A DNA stretch of 64,000 nt, taken from NCBI GenBank assembly GCA_016278505.1, contig JADQBQ010000018.1:4002-68001 (forward strand), written 5' to 3'. The position numbers were made by a program, and so were the translations under genes. The notes beneath the pieces are model-generated. The model ran no database searches. It saw only the letters and a list, made by a program, of their open reading frames with translations, and was not told where the DNA came from. Positions 1-9,114 of this stretch are shown in pieces; within the stretch, counting starts at the first letter, position 1, and every line of letters begins with the position of its first letter. This stretch comes from Clostridiales bacterium (GTDB taxonomy: Bacteria; Bacillota; Desulfotomaculia; Desulfotomaculales; VENG01).

Positions 1-2559
1 TTCTGCTCTTGTAATCTCACCCGATGGTATGAATTTGCCATCACCCATGCCCTTCACCATTAAGCCGGCGGCCATGGATTTGATGTCATTTTCAGCCCAG
101 TGTCCGACAATATCTCTAAAGTCTGCCTCGTTTGCTATTATTGTGTAAGTGCTGTTGGTTCTACTTGAGAGCACAGCCCGGATTCCACCGTTTTCAGGGA
201 CAAAACGAGTGGGAATGTGATTGAGTTTTCCGTCACGCATTACCATCCCAAAAACCCCATCAATGTCTTTGATATCTGGCAATACAATACTTCTATTGAC
301 ATAACTACCAAAAGAGTTTACTTCCACTGTCTCATCACCGGCTGCAACCTCAATACGGAATTTCACAGGCTGTATTAACATTCTTCCGTTAGTTTGCGCG
401 GCAACGGCATTGCCTATTTCTTTGGTCCGGAGCTCACCTGTTCTTTCTATAACAACAGTAACTTCCACCTGGCCGATATCCACGCCCAGCCGTGCAGCTA
501 CTTTTTTCACCTGCACCAGCAGATCCTGTGCCGGAACAGTGTAGTTAGCAACAGGCGTTCTGATTTCGATCTGTACCCCTCCGGCAGCAAGATTGTCAAT
601 AACGCCGCTGGGGATCTTTGTTCTAACCGTGTCCGCCGCCTCGGTAACTTCTATGACAGCCAATTCGATACCCTCAATGTTTTTAATGTAATCAACTTCA
701 GACTGTTCATCTAACCGCACCGTAACCACAGTACGGCCGTCTGCATCAACTTCAATGTTCGTTTCGGTACTATCGGAGAGATTAATACTACCATCATTCT
801 TCTCCGTACCGGTTGCATCTCCGTCTTGGCTGCCACCGTTCCCACTATTATTATCGCTGCTATTATTACTGTCATTATTGTTATTACTGTCGCCGTCATT
901 ATTATTATCGTTGCCGTTACTATTGTCGTTGTCGCTGCTGTCGTTGTTATCGCTGTTTTCTGACGAGTTAACCTGTACTTCGAATTCATCAGCCACAGTA
1001 CTATCGTTTCCATCGCCTGCGGTTACAGTTACGGTTGATTCGCCTGGAGAGACGGGCACGAGAGTAAGGGCGTTTTCACTGGCCGTTACTAATACCTTAT
1101 CAGGGTTACTGTTTTCAATTGTATAGTTAAGCTTATCCCCGTCAGCATCATTGAAAACGGCCCCCAGGTCTAGCTCAATTTCTTCGCCCATCTGAAATTC
1201 CTGATCAGGAATTTCATTTTCTACCGTTGGTGCATAATTTGCTTCGTAACGGGCAAAGTACTCTTCTCCGGAATGATTGGCAACAAAATTAAGTATTCCT
1301 TCGTCACTGTCATAACTCACATTTTCTGTATCAACAACATCTTCTAATTCCTCGTCATTTTCATCATATACCCTGACATTAGGAACATACGGGTGTGTCA
1401 AATCGTACATGGTTACCGTGGAATCTTTTTGGGCCAACTGAGCAAGAACATCATTTTCTGTATCAAATATAATGGAGCCTTTTTTAATGTTTATAGTTAT
1501 TTCATTGAGCTGTTTATAGGCTTCAAGATAGGAAAGGATGTCCACCTCACCCGCAAATTCAATCTTACCGTATTTGTTACTGAAATAAAAGCCGCTTATA
1601 CTAGTCAAATCATCCTCACCGGACAAATCTTTTGTTTCATACCCTGCATCCGCCAGTGTGTCCGGCACATTTACATTGACGTAGGAACCATTCCCGTCAT
1701 CAACCTCACCATCCGCTCCGTCGCCGTCACTTATTGGAAACGGGTCACTGGGCTGGTCCGGGTGCATTTCATTATTCAATTGGACCCATAACGGGTGCAT
1801 GCTGTTATTATTATCGTTCATTATTGGCGTGGAAAACGTGTAGGTCCCTGCACTGGTTTCCTCACCGTAAAGCACACCGTCGTAAACTGCTCCGGAAACT
1901 GTAAGTTCATCGTCTGCATCGAGATAACCGAATTCTAACCCATACCTACTCCCCTGTGCTAGGTTGGATAGTTCAAAGGATAGTGTATCACTGTCAGAAT
2001 CAGAACCCCGGTAATAATATACCTTATCGGTATCTACAGCACCGGTCTCGGAATCAGAGGTAAAGGTTACTGCCGGGGTCTCAACATGCAAGTCTATTGT
2101 TTTATTGTCCTGATTACCCGATGAATCTTCGGCAGTAACTGTCATTTTGTGTTCTCCGGGCAACACGATGGTATGTTCAACGGGACTATAAACATATTCT
2201 TGCACTGATTCTATATCGCCTATTCTGCATGTAATAGTGATTTTCACAATATCTCCGTCAACGGAAACCCTTAGAATAGTACCGGCTTCAATACTCACTC
2301 CATCAGATAGGGGCTCGCCATCAAGGGTTGTTACAGTTATTTCCGGCAGAGGTTCATTAACGTTATCCTCATAAGTATCTCCGGAAACTGAATCCTTTTC
2401 CTGGTATACTGCATCCGGTACTGTGTTATAAACACTTTTTACTACAGTATTCAATTCTTCAGTTGATTGACCGGTCTCCGCGGCTAAAACAATCTGTGGC
2501 ATAAACAGGCTTAAGGCAAGAAAAACGGCCAAAATGGTACGAATTTTTCTAGATCTCAA
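1..2559 (-). CDS. Secreted cell-surface protein with Ig/cadherin-like repeats, an Asn/Asp/Ser low-complexity linker and a C-terminal SLH domain (3' end runs off the window)
   Basis: The minus-strand frame is open from TTG at 2559 (GAGGTGA RBS just upstream) to position 1. N-terminus (M)RSRKIRTILAVFLALSLFMPQIVLA/AE is a signal peptide. Residues near position 1 (FRDIVGHWAENDIKSMAAGLMVKGMGDGKFIPSGEITRAE) fit the SLH consensus. Absent from the ORF track because there is no stop in the window. Frame continuity was spot-checked at several points only. Confidence 0.75.
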   Translation of the reverse strand, partial: MRSRKIRTILAVFLALSLFMPQIVLAAETGQSTEELNTVVKSVYNTVPDAVYQEKDSVSGDTYEDNVNEPLPEITVTTLDGEPLSDGVSIEAGTILRVSVDGDIVKITITCRIGDIESVQEYVYSPVEHTIVLPGEHKMTVTAEDSSGNQDNKTIDLHVETPAVTFTSDSETGAVDTDKVYYYRGSDSDSDTLSFELSNLAQGSRYGLEFGYLDADDELTVSGAVYDGVLYGEETSAGTYTFSTPIMNDNNNSMHPLWVQLNNEMHPDQPSDPFPISDGDGADGEVDDGNGSYVNVNVPDTLADAGYETKDLSGEDDLTSISGFYFSNKYGKIEFAGEVDILSYLEAYKQLNEITINIKKGSIIFDTENDVLAQLAQKDSTVTMYDLTHPYVPNVRVYDENDEELEDVVDTENVSYDSDEGILNFVANHSGEEYFARYEANYAPTVENEIPDQEFQMGEEIELDLGAVFNDADGDKLNYTIENSNPDKVLVTASENALTLVPVSPGESTVTVTAGDGNDSTVADEFEVQVNSSENSDNNDSSDNDNSNGNDNNNDGDSNNNNDSNNSSDNNSGNGGSQDGDATGTEKNDGSINLSDSTETNIEVDADGRTVVTVRLDEQSEVDYIKNIEGIELAVIEVTEAADTVRTKIPSGVIDNLAAGGVQIEIRTPVANYTVPAQDLLVQVKKVAARLGVDIGQVEVTVVIERTGELRTKEIGNAVAAQTNGRMLIQPVKFRIEVAAGDETVEVNSFGSYVNRSIVLPDIKDIDGVFGMVMRDGKLNHIPTRFVPENGGIRAVLSSRTNSTYTIIANEADFRDIVGHWAENDIKSMAAGLMVKGMGDGKFIPSGEITRAE

Positions 2560-2887
2560 CTTCTCACCTCTCTATTTCATTTTGCAAATTCAGGTTTATA
2601 AATTTTGATTCCACCCCCCCAAAAATATTGCAGAGCTAAATTATGACAATTATTTTTCTGCTAAGATTAGACTACAAAACCAAATTTACAAACTTTATAC
2701 GAAAGCAGCACAAATATTTAACTTTTTACCATGATTTCACTCGCAAGCAAAAGGGAGATACTCAATTAATGTCGAAATTTAATACATCTTGCAAATACAG
2801 TTATTTTTTGAATAGAGGGGTGGGTGATGGAAACTATTGCCAGGGGAATTAATAATTAGCTATTTTTTATTGAGGGAGGTTAATACC

Positions 2888-3313
2888 GTGAAAAAACTAA
2901 GTTTAATTTTGGTCTTTATGTTTATTACCTTTGTTGCTACCGGGTGTAGCCAGTCAAACCAAATGGACAATACTATGATGGACCAACAACAAATGAATCA
3001 GTACTTTCAAAACAACTTTATGGAAATGAGTAGTTATATGAGTTCCCCTGAATATTTGGATCAAATGACTGCTATTATGAGCTCGGAGGATATGCAATCT
3101 ACATTCATTGATATGATGCATTCCCAAGAGATGCGTGAAACAATGGTGAGCATTATGGCCTCCGACGAAGTCAGAAATGATATGGTAGCAATCATGTCCG
3201 ACCCTGCTTTGCAACAGTCCATGATTGACATTATGGCCAACCCGGAAATGCTTGAAACAATGCAGAAAGCTTTTAAAGATCCTCGTATACAGGCTATTTA
3301 TAATGGTAATTAG
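2888..3313 (+). CDS. Methionine-rich repeat lipoprotein (function unknown)
   Basis: GTG at 2888 lies 7 nt after GAGGGAGGT. Signal peptide VKKLSLILVFMFITFVATG-C has a lipobox. The mature part is dominated by Met-containing periodic motifs (..IMSSEDMQSTFIDMMHSQEMRETMVSIMASDEV..). Confidence 0.6.
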   Translation: MKKLSLILVFMFITFVATGCSQSNQMDNTMMDQQQMNQYFQNNFMEMSSYMSSPEYLDQMTAIMSSEDMQSTFIDMMHSQEMRETMVSIMASDEVRNDMVAIMSDPALQQSMIDIMANPEMLETMQKAFKDPRIQAIYNGN

Positions 3314-3335
3314 ATTTTCAGACTAAAAAAGTAAA

Positions 3336-3384
3336 AAGGGGACAGGCACCTTTTTAAAAAAACGAAAAAGGTGCCAGTCCCCTT
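3336..3384. terminator. Bidirectional intrinsic terminator between convergent genes
   Basis: AAAGGGGACAGGCACCTTTTT ... AAAAAGGTGCCAGTCCCCTTT inverted repeat with A/T tracts on both sides. Confidence 0.6.
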
Positions 3385-3401
3385 TGAGTATGTTTTTTTA
3401 T

Positions 3402-5402
3402 TTAAATCCTCATTGCCAGTTCATACGCTTCATGTATAGCATCAAAGGCTTTTCGGGGCCTACTCGCATCTCCCAGCAAGTGAATACTAATTAAGTCCTT
3501 TTTGATTTCTGTAAATAGTGTATTTTCCGGACTCGAGCCCACCGCCAGAACCACTGTGTCGGCAACCACTTCCTCTTGGCCTGCACTACCTTCTATTACC
3601 ACGTTGCCGTCACCGATCTGAAGGGCCTTTGCACCGGACACCGCTTTTACCCCGTAGCGGCGTAATTCCTGCAGAATGGTCCACCGGGTGGAAACACCGA
3701 TATCCGCTCCTATCTGATTTTGCATTTCCAACACTGTGATATCTTTGTTTCCCTGTTTAGCCAGCGCTATAAGTTTTTCCGGGGTTTCCGCCCTGTTTAG
3801 TGCCAAAAAGTGCAGCTGCTCCGGGCTTAAAGCTCCCTTTCGGGCCAGGAAAAGCGCCGTTTCACAACCTACCGCGCCCCCGCCTATGATCACAACCTTT
3901 TTGCCTGCCACGGCTTTACCGGCCAATATATCCCAGGCCTGTACCACAGTAGTGTCATCAACCCCGGTTATTGCAGGTGTCACCGGTACGGCACCTGTGG
4001 CAGCCAGTACCACGTCTGCACCAAATTCCCGCACATTGGTTGCCGTAGCTTCCTTTCCCTTTTCTACTTTTACTTTTTCCTTTAGCAGTTGGGTCTTTAA
4101 ATAGTATACCAGTGTTTTAAACTCTTCTCTCCCCGGTGGTACGCCGGCTATATTTAACTGCCCGCCGGTATGACTCTCTTTTTCCCACAGAGTTACTTTA
4201 TGACCCCGCCGCGCGGCAACCCGGGCTGCTTCCATCCCGGCAGGACCACCCCCGATGACCAAAACTTTTTTTATTTGGGTGACCGGCTTGATAGCAGTTT
4301 CTTCTTCCCGCCCGGCACGGGCATTTACGGTACATCTCACTTCGGAAAGGTTAAACACGGCGTCCAAACAGCCCTGGTTGCAGCCAATACACTTGCAAAT
4401 ATCTTCCAGCCGCCCCTCCTTTGCCTTCTGCGGCAACTCTGGATCAGCAATTAGCCCCCTGGCTATACCCACCATATCAGCCAAACCATCCTGTAGAATC
4501 TCTTCAGCCAACACAGGGTCATTAATGCGATTACATGCTATCACCGGGATATGCACGGCGTCTTTAATAGCTTTTGCCAAGTAAACAAAGGCCCCCCGAG
4601 GTACCCCCATAGTAATTTGCGGAACCTTCGTTTCATGCCACCCGCCGGTTACATTGATGGCATTTACCCCGGCTTCTTCTAAGCGCCGGCAAAATATCGC
4701 CATTTCCTCAGTGGTGTTTCCTCCGTCCATAAACTCATTACCGGAAATCCTGAAGATTACCGGGTAGTCCGCGCCCACTTCGGCGCGAATATCGTTCATA
4801 ACCTGAAGGCCAAACCTCATGCGCCGCTCCGAGTCCCCTCCGTATTTATCATTACGCCGGTTTGTGATTGGCGACAAGAACTGTGACACCAAGTATCCCG
4901 CACTGCCGATAACCTCCACCGCATCAAACCCGGATTCCTTAACCCTGGATGCTGCAAGGGCAAAACCATTCACTATATCTTCGATTTCCTTCACTGTTAA
5001 TTCTCGGGGCACCTGCCGGGTAATTTTTGAAGCAACCGCCGATGGTGCGACAGGCTGTATCCCGTGCATAAAGGAAGCTGAATAACGGCCCGGGTGGTAA
5101 AGCTGGGCTGCTATTTTAGCTCCACCATCATGCACATTGTCCACGAGCATTTTTAGTCCCGGCATAAATTTGTCGTGATCCACACAGATCATATTATCGT
5201 ATCCGTGTTCGTCAACGGCACATCCCCCGACAATTATAAGGCCGGCACCTCCCTGTGAGCGCTGATAATAGAAATTAGCCAGTTGATCAGTTACATATCC
5301 TTTGTTGCAGTATCCAAGGTGCATGGCCGGCATTACTATGCGATTTTTTAATTCCAAATTCCCAATGTTAACTATCTCAAACAATCTTTGATTGTTTTCC
5401 AC
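3402..5402 (-). CDS. 2-enoate reductase / 2,4-dienoyl-CoA reductase family flavoprotein (OYE-like FMN domain, Fe-S cluster, FAD/NAD(P) domain)
   Basis: 666 aa. OYE-type N-terminus (LKNRIVMPAMH, AQLYHPGR), Cys cluster CKCIGCNQGC, and GGGPAG and GGGAVG dinucleotide-binding motifs in the C-terminal half. Confidence 0.8.
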   Translation of the reverse strand: MENNQRLFEIVNIGNLELKNRIVMPAMHLGYCNKGYVTDQLANFYYQRSQGGAGLIIVGGCAVDEHGYDNMICVDHDKFMPGLKMLVDNVHDGGAKIAAQLYHPGRYSASFMHGIQPVAPSAVASKITRQVPRELTVKEIEDIVNGFALAASRVKESGFDAVEVIGSAGYLVSQFLSPITNRRNDKYGGDSERRMRFGLQVMNDIRAEVGADYPVIFRISGNEFMDGGNTTEEMAIFCRRLEEAGVNAINVTGGWHETKVPQITMGVPRGAFVYLAKAIKDAVHIPVIACNRINDPVLAEEILQDGLADMVGIARGLIADPELPQKAKEGRLEDICKCIGCNQGCLDAVFNLSEVRCTVNARAGREEETAIKPVTQIKKVLVIGGGPAGMEAARVAARRGHKVTLWEKESHTGGQLNIAGVPPGREEFKTLVYYLKTQLLKEKVKVEKGKEATATNVREFGADVVLAATGAVPVTPAITGVDDTTVVQAWDILAGKAVAGKKVVIIGGGAVGCETALFLARKGALSPEQLHFLALNRAETPEKLIALAKQGNKDITVLEMQNQIGADIGVSTRWTILQELRRYGVKAVSGAKALQIGDGNVVIEGSAGQEEVVADTVVLAVGSSPENTLFTEIKKDLISIHLLGDASRPRKAFDAIHEAYELAMRI

Positions 5403-5516
5403 CGCACAATATACCTCCTCTCCTTAATGAATGAATATTCACTTATTCTAGTTTATATCATTGTTTTCCTGCCCCCAAAAAAATAAATGCCGGCCGGCAT
5501 TTATTTTTTACGTCTT

Positions 5517-6095
5517 TTATTCAGATGGAGTTCTCTTATTTTCAAAACCTATTTTATCTTTTACCATCTGCACCCTGTTATCCATATCCCCCGTTACAAT
5601 TGTATAAGGGACATTCATAATATCTAAGAAATTCCTTATTTTTGTATCAACTATTTCGGCAAATTCTTCATCCTGGTACCTGATGCCATCTTTATCCATG
5701 CTAAACTCCCTCGGTATATAAAATACCTCATAACCGGGCAGGTCTTTCATTGCCCACTCATACAACTTCATCAGTGCATACACTTCTTTGGGATCTTTTA
5801 AATTCCCTGACATTAAACCATAAACATAATTTAGAATGGTTGCGTTGTCACAAAAGATAATGTCACAGTAATTAAGTTCCTTTTCCCTTCTTTTCTGCCC
5901 TTCATAAAGTAAAAATTGTTCAAAAATACTTACCGGGACTCCATAATGAGAAATATAAGACCGGGCAAATTCTAAACAAACGCTGCTCACATAACCAGCC
6001 AGACTGTAGTCAACATCCAGTTGTTTACAAAGAGTTGTCTTGCCGGTGCCTGGACCACCCAAAATGGCAATTTTTTTTCTTTCCGCCATGGTCAA
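5517..6095 (-). CDS. P-loop ATPase/kinase (AAA_28, NadR-kinase-like)
   Basis: Walker A ILGGPGTGKTT near the N-terminus. 192 aa. Confidence 0.55.
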   Translation of the reverse strand: MTMAERKKIAILGGPGTGKTTLCKQLDVDYSLAGYVSSVCLEFARSYISHYGVPVSIFEQFLLYEGQKRREKELNYCDIIFCDNATILNYVYGLMSGNLKDPKEVYALMKLYEWAMKDLPGYEVFYIPREFSMDKDGIRYQDEEFAEIVDTKIRNFLDIMNVPYTIVTGDMDNRVQMVKDKIGFENKRTPSE

Positions 6096-6241
6096 AAAGT
6101 CACCACCTCAAAAGTTTTAATACTTGCTATATTCTACAATTACGGATATTCCCCTGCCAGGATGGAAATATGCCCAACTTGGACTGATTATGTTATAATT
6201 AAGTTATTTTAACAATTCAGTTTAGGATGTGAAACGATTAA

Positions 6242-6862
6242 ATGCCCAAGGTAGGTATGGAAGAAATAAGGCGAGAGCAAATCTTGCAAGCTGCATATCG
6301 CTGTGTGGCACAAAAAAGCATTAACGGTACAAGAATGAAAGATATAGCCAGGGAAGCGGGAATCAGCCAGGGAGTTATTCATTATTACTTCCAAACCAAA
6401 GAAAAACTACTCAATGAACTACTTGCCTGGTCGCTGCAAGAATACCTGGAAGGTGCGCTAAACAAAATAACCTATGAAAAGGACCCCGTGAAACGCCTAA
6501 AAACATTATTCAAATATCAAAAACAAGTGGTAAAAGAAAGAGCTGACCTGGTTACAGTTTTTTATGATTTTTGGGTTCAGGGCACCAAACAGCCGGATGT
6601 AAGAGATAAAATGAAGGAGCAGTTTAAATTATACAGAGATTTTATACATAGGATTGTCCAGGAGGGTGTCCATATGGGCACATTTAAGGAAGAGGCGCTG
6701 GATTACGTACCCGGTCTTACCGTTGGTCTTTTGGAGGGATTTGCCATCCAGCAGGTAATTGACCCTGATTGTTTTGATGCATCCCTACTGGCGGAGAAAT
6801 CTGTTGAGATATTGCTTCACACAATGGCTCGTGACTGGGACAACCCGGATAATTTAGGCTGA
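6242..6862 (+). CDS. TetR/AcrR family transcriptional regulator
   Basis: N-terminal HTH (MKDIAREAGISQGVIHYYF). About 200 aa. Divergent from the upstream gene. Confidence 0.8.
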   Translation: MPKVGMEEIRREQILQAAYRCVAQKSINGTRMKDIAREAGISQGVIHYYFQTKEKLLNELLAWSLQEYLEGALNKITYEKDPVKRLKTLFKYQKQVVKERADLVTVFYDFWVQGTKQPDVRDKMKEQFKLYRDFIHRIVQEGVHMGTFKEEALDYVPGLTVGLLEGFAIQQVIDPDCFDASLLAEKSVEILLHTMARDWDNPDNLG

Positions 6863-7036
6863 ATTTCCCTCTAAGAGGTACTAACCCTACAACCACACGG
6901 CCTCTTTCTGAAAAATATTAGAATTTTTACAATTTACAAAGCAGGAAACTATAAAAATTTCGGCGAATGCTAAGTATAACAATGCAAATTAGGTTAGATA
7001 AATCTGACTTATTATGTGCGGGAGGAGGAGCTCCAA

Positions 7037-8182
7037 ATGGAGGCTGTTACTTACTTTGATGAAGTTCGTGAAATTATCCAGGAAATGGGTGGCGATGATA
7101 TTACCCTGTGCTTACAGTGCGGCATGTGTGCCGGAAGTTGCCCCTGGGGCAAAATGGAGAAAGAAAGCGAATTCATAATTCGAAAAATGCTGCACATGGG
7201 ACGCATGGGTATAGAAGGTTTCGAAAATGATGATGTTCTTTACGCTTGTACTACATGCAACCAGTGCGTTGTAAAATGTCCGCGGGGAGTAAACATTGTG
7301 AACGTGGTAAGAGCCATGCGTTCTATTGTGGCTGAAACCGGCGGCATACCCAAAAACCTTAAAGCTGTGGTGGGAAGCATAAGCAGCAACGGTAACCCCT
7401 GGGGACAGGATGCTGAGCAGCGAACATCCTGGACAAAAGACATTGACGTACCTACCTTTGCAGACCATGAATACCTACTTTATGTTTGCTGTACGTCGGC
7501 CTTTGACAGCCAAAAAATTGCTCGTGCGACTGCCCAATTGCTACAGCAAGCCGGCATAAGCTTCGGCATTATCGGCAATGAAGAAAAATGCTGTGGGGAA
7601 GCTACCAGGAAAATCGGTGCTGAAGAGGAATTTGCCGGCCTGGCAGAACACAACATAAACCTTTTCCAGTCCAAAGGTGTTAAAAAAATCATTACCACTT
7701 CTCCACACTGCTATTATACTTTCACCCAGGAATATCCTGAGTTTGGTGCTGAGTTTGAGGTCATTCACTATACTCAACTGCTGGCTCAACTGGTTGAAGA
7801 GGGTAAACTCGCTTTTAACACTCCCCTTGCCAAAAAAGTAATTTATCATGACCCATGCTACCTGGGGAGACACAATAATGTCTATGAAGAGCCACGGCAA
7901 CTTCTGCAGGCGGTGCCTGAATTACAGCGCATGGACTACGATGACAACAGGGAATACAGCATGTGCTGTGGCGGTGGCGGCTCGCGTATCTGGATGGAAA
8001 CAGAATCCGGACTGCGCTTCTCTGATGTAAAAGTTAAAGAGGCTGCTGACAAAGGGGCAGAAATAATAGCCACAGCCTGTCCATACTGCGTTGTTATGTT
8101 GGAAGACAGCTGTAAAAACTTGAACAAAGACGAAGAAATCATGGTGCGGGATATTAGCCAGATACTGGCAGATAGCCTGTAA
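7037..8182 (+). CDS. (Fe-S)-binding protein with two CCG domains (HdrD/GlpC-like)
   Basis: Two CxxCxxCxxxCP ferredoxin motifs (CLQCGMCAGSCP, CTTCNQCVVKCP) and CCG motifs (EKCCGE, SMCCGGGG). ATG 7037 follows GGAGGAGGAG. The ORF-track start at 7016 is probably too early. Confidence 0.75.
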   Translation: MEAVTYFDEVREIIQEMGGDDITLCLQCGMCAGSCPWGKMEKESEFIIRKMLHMGRMGIEGFENDDVLYACTTCNQCVVKCPRGVNIVNVVRAMRSIVAETGGIPKNLKAVVGSISSNGNPWGQDAEQRTSWTKDIDVPTFADHEYLLYVCCTSAFDSQKIARATAQLLQQAGISFGIIGNEEKCCGEATRKIGAEEEFAGLAEHNINLFQSKGVKKIITTSPHCYYTFTQEYPEFGAEFEVIHYTQLLAQLVEEGKLAFNTPLAKKVIYHDPCYLGRHNNVYEEPRQLLQAVPELQRMDYDDNREYSMCCGGGGSRIWMETESGLRFSDVKVKEAADKGAEIIATACPYCVVMLEDSCKNLNKDEEIMVRDISQILADSL

Positions 8183-8213
8183 TTATATATTATTGACGAA
8201 GGAAAGTACAGAT

Positions 8214-8251
8214 GAGGGATCCTTTACAATAAAAAGGATCTCTCTTTTTTT
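8214..8251 (+). terminator. Intrinsic terminator
   Basis: GGGATCCTTT-loop-AAAGGATCTC followed by a T-run. Confidence 0.5.
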
Positions 8252-8351
8252 CAGTTAATAAAACCATGTAATACCACCCCTTGCAATATAACCCTTCTTT
8301 CGCCTACAATATACATAACATATTGCTAATAAATATCAAGGAGGCGAAACT

Positions 8352-9050
8352 ATGAGTCACAGCATAAAATGGTTGGGACATGCTGCTTGTCAAATAACAA
8401 GCGAAAAAGGGAAAGTTATCTTAATTGACCCGTGGATTACAGGAAACCCCAGTTGCCCCATTAAGAAGGAAGACATTACACGGGCAGACATTATTCTGAT
8501 TACCCACGATCATGACGACCACCTTGGAAGTGACGTGCCGGACATTGTAAAAGCCACAGGCGCAACAGTGCTTGTACAGCCTGAACTGGCCGGCAAACTA
8601 CAGGAAGCCGGCGTTAGCGCAGACAATATTATATTTGGCATGGGAATGAATATTGGCGGACAAGTAGAAGTCAGCGGAATCAAGGTCACTATGACCCAAG
8701 CTTTCCATTCCGCCGGAGCGGGGGACCCCACCGGTTTTATAGTTATTTTGGAAGACGGCAAAACCGTCTACCACGCCGGAGATACCGGTATTTTTTCCAG
8801 CATGGGAATTTTGGGCGAACTTTATGACATTGACCTTGCCCTTCTTCCCATTGGCAGCGTATTTGTCATGGACCCGGTTCAAGCCGCATACAGCCTTACG
8901 CTTTTAAAACCCCAAAAAGTAATTCCTATTCACTATGGCACTTTCCCCATACTGGTACAGGATGCCGAAGAATTTACCGAGCTGGCCAAACAAAAAACTC
9001 CGGGTGTTACCATTGAAGCTATTAAACCGGGAGAGGAAATTTCTTTATAA
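8352..9050 (+). CDS. Metal-dependent hydrolase, metallo-beta-lactamase fold (UPF0173-like)
   Basis: HDHDDH motif. 232 aa. Good RBS AAGGAGG upstream. Confidence 0.75.
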   Translation: MSHSIKWLGHAACQITSEKGKVILIDPWITGNPSCPIKKEDITRADIILITHDHDDHLGSDVPDIVKATGATVLVQPELAGKLQEAGVSADNIIFGMGMNIGGQVEVSGIKVTMTQAFHSAGAGDPTGFIVILEDGKTVYHAGDTGIFSSMGILGELYDIDLALLPIGSVFVMDPVQAAYSLTLLKPQKVIPIHYGTFPILVQDAEEFTELAKQKTPGVTIEAIKPGEEISL

Positions 9051-9114
9051 GGGGTTAGGGGTTAGGGGTTAGGTTTATAAAATTTCTAACGCCTATCGCC
9101 TAACACCTAACCCC
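9051..9114. repeat. (GGGGTTA)x3 heptad repeat pairing with a downstream CCTAACCCC-type arm. Imperfect long hairpin between convergent genes.
   Basis: GGGGTTAGGGGTTAGGGGTTAGG at 9051-9073. CTAACGCCTATCGCCTAACACCTAACCCC at 9086-9114. The outer 9 bp are perfectly complementary. Confidence 0.6.

Noticed and set aside
711-1126. ORFs 711..1013 (-) and 755..1126 (+) with poly-T/I/A or poly-L/S composition
   Set aside because: These are alternative-frame readings of the trinucleotide-like N/D/S repeat of the SLH protein gene. The true frame is the long open minus-strand frame.
9051-9073. Canonical four-run G-quadruplex
   Set aside because: Only three GGGG runs plus a GG are present, and the complementary arm makes duplex or hairpin formation more likely. 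It is kept only as a low-interest repeat observation.
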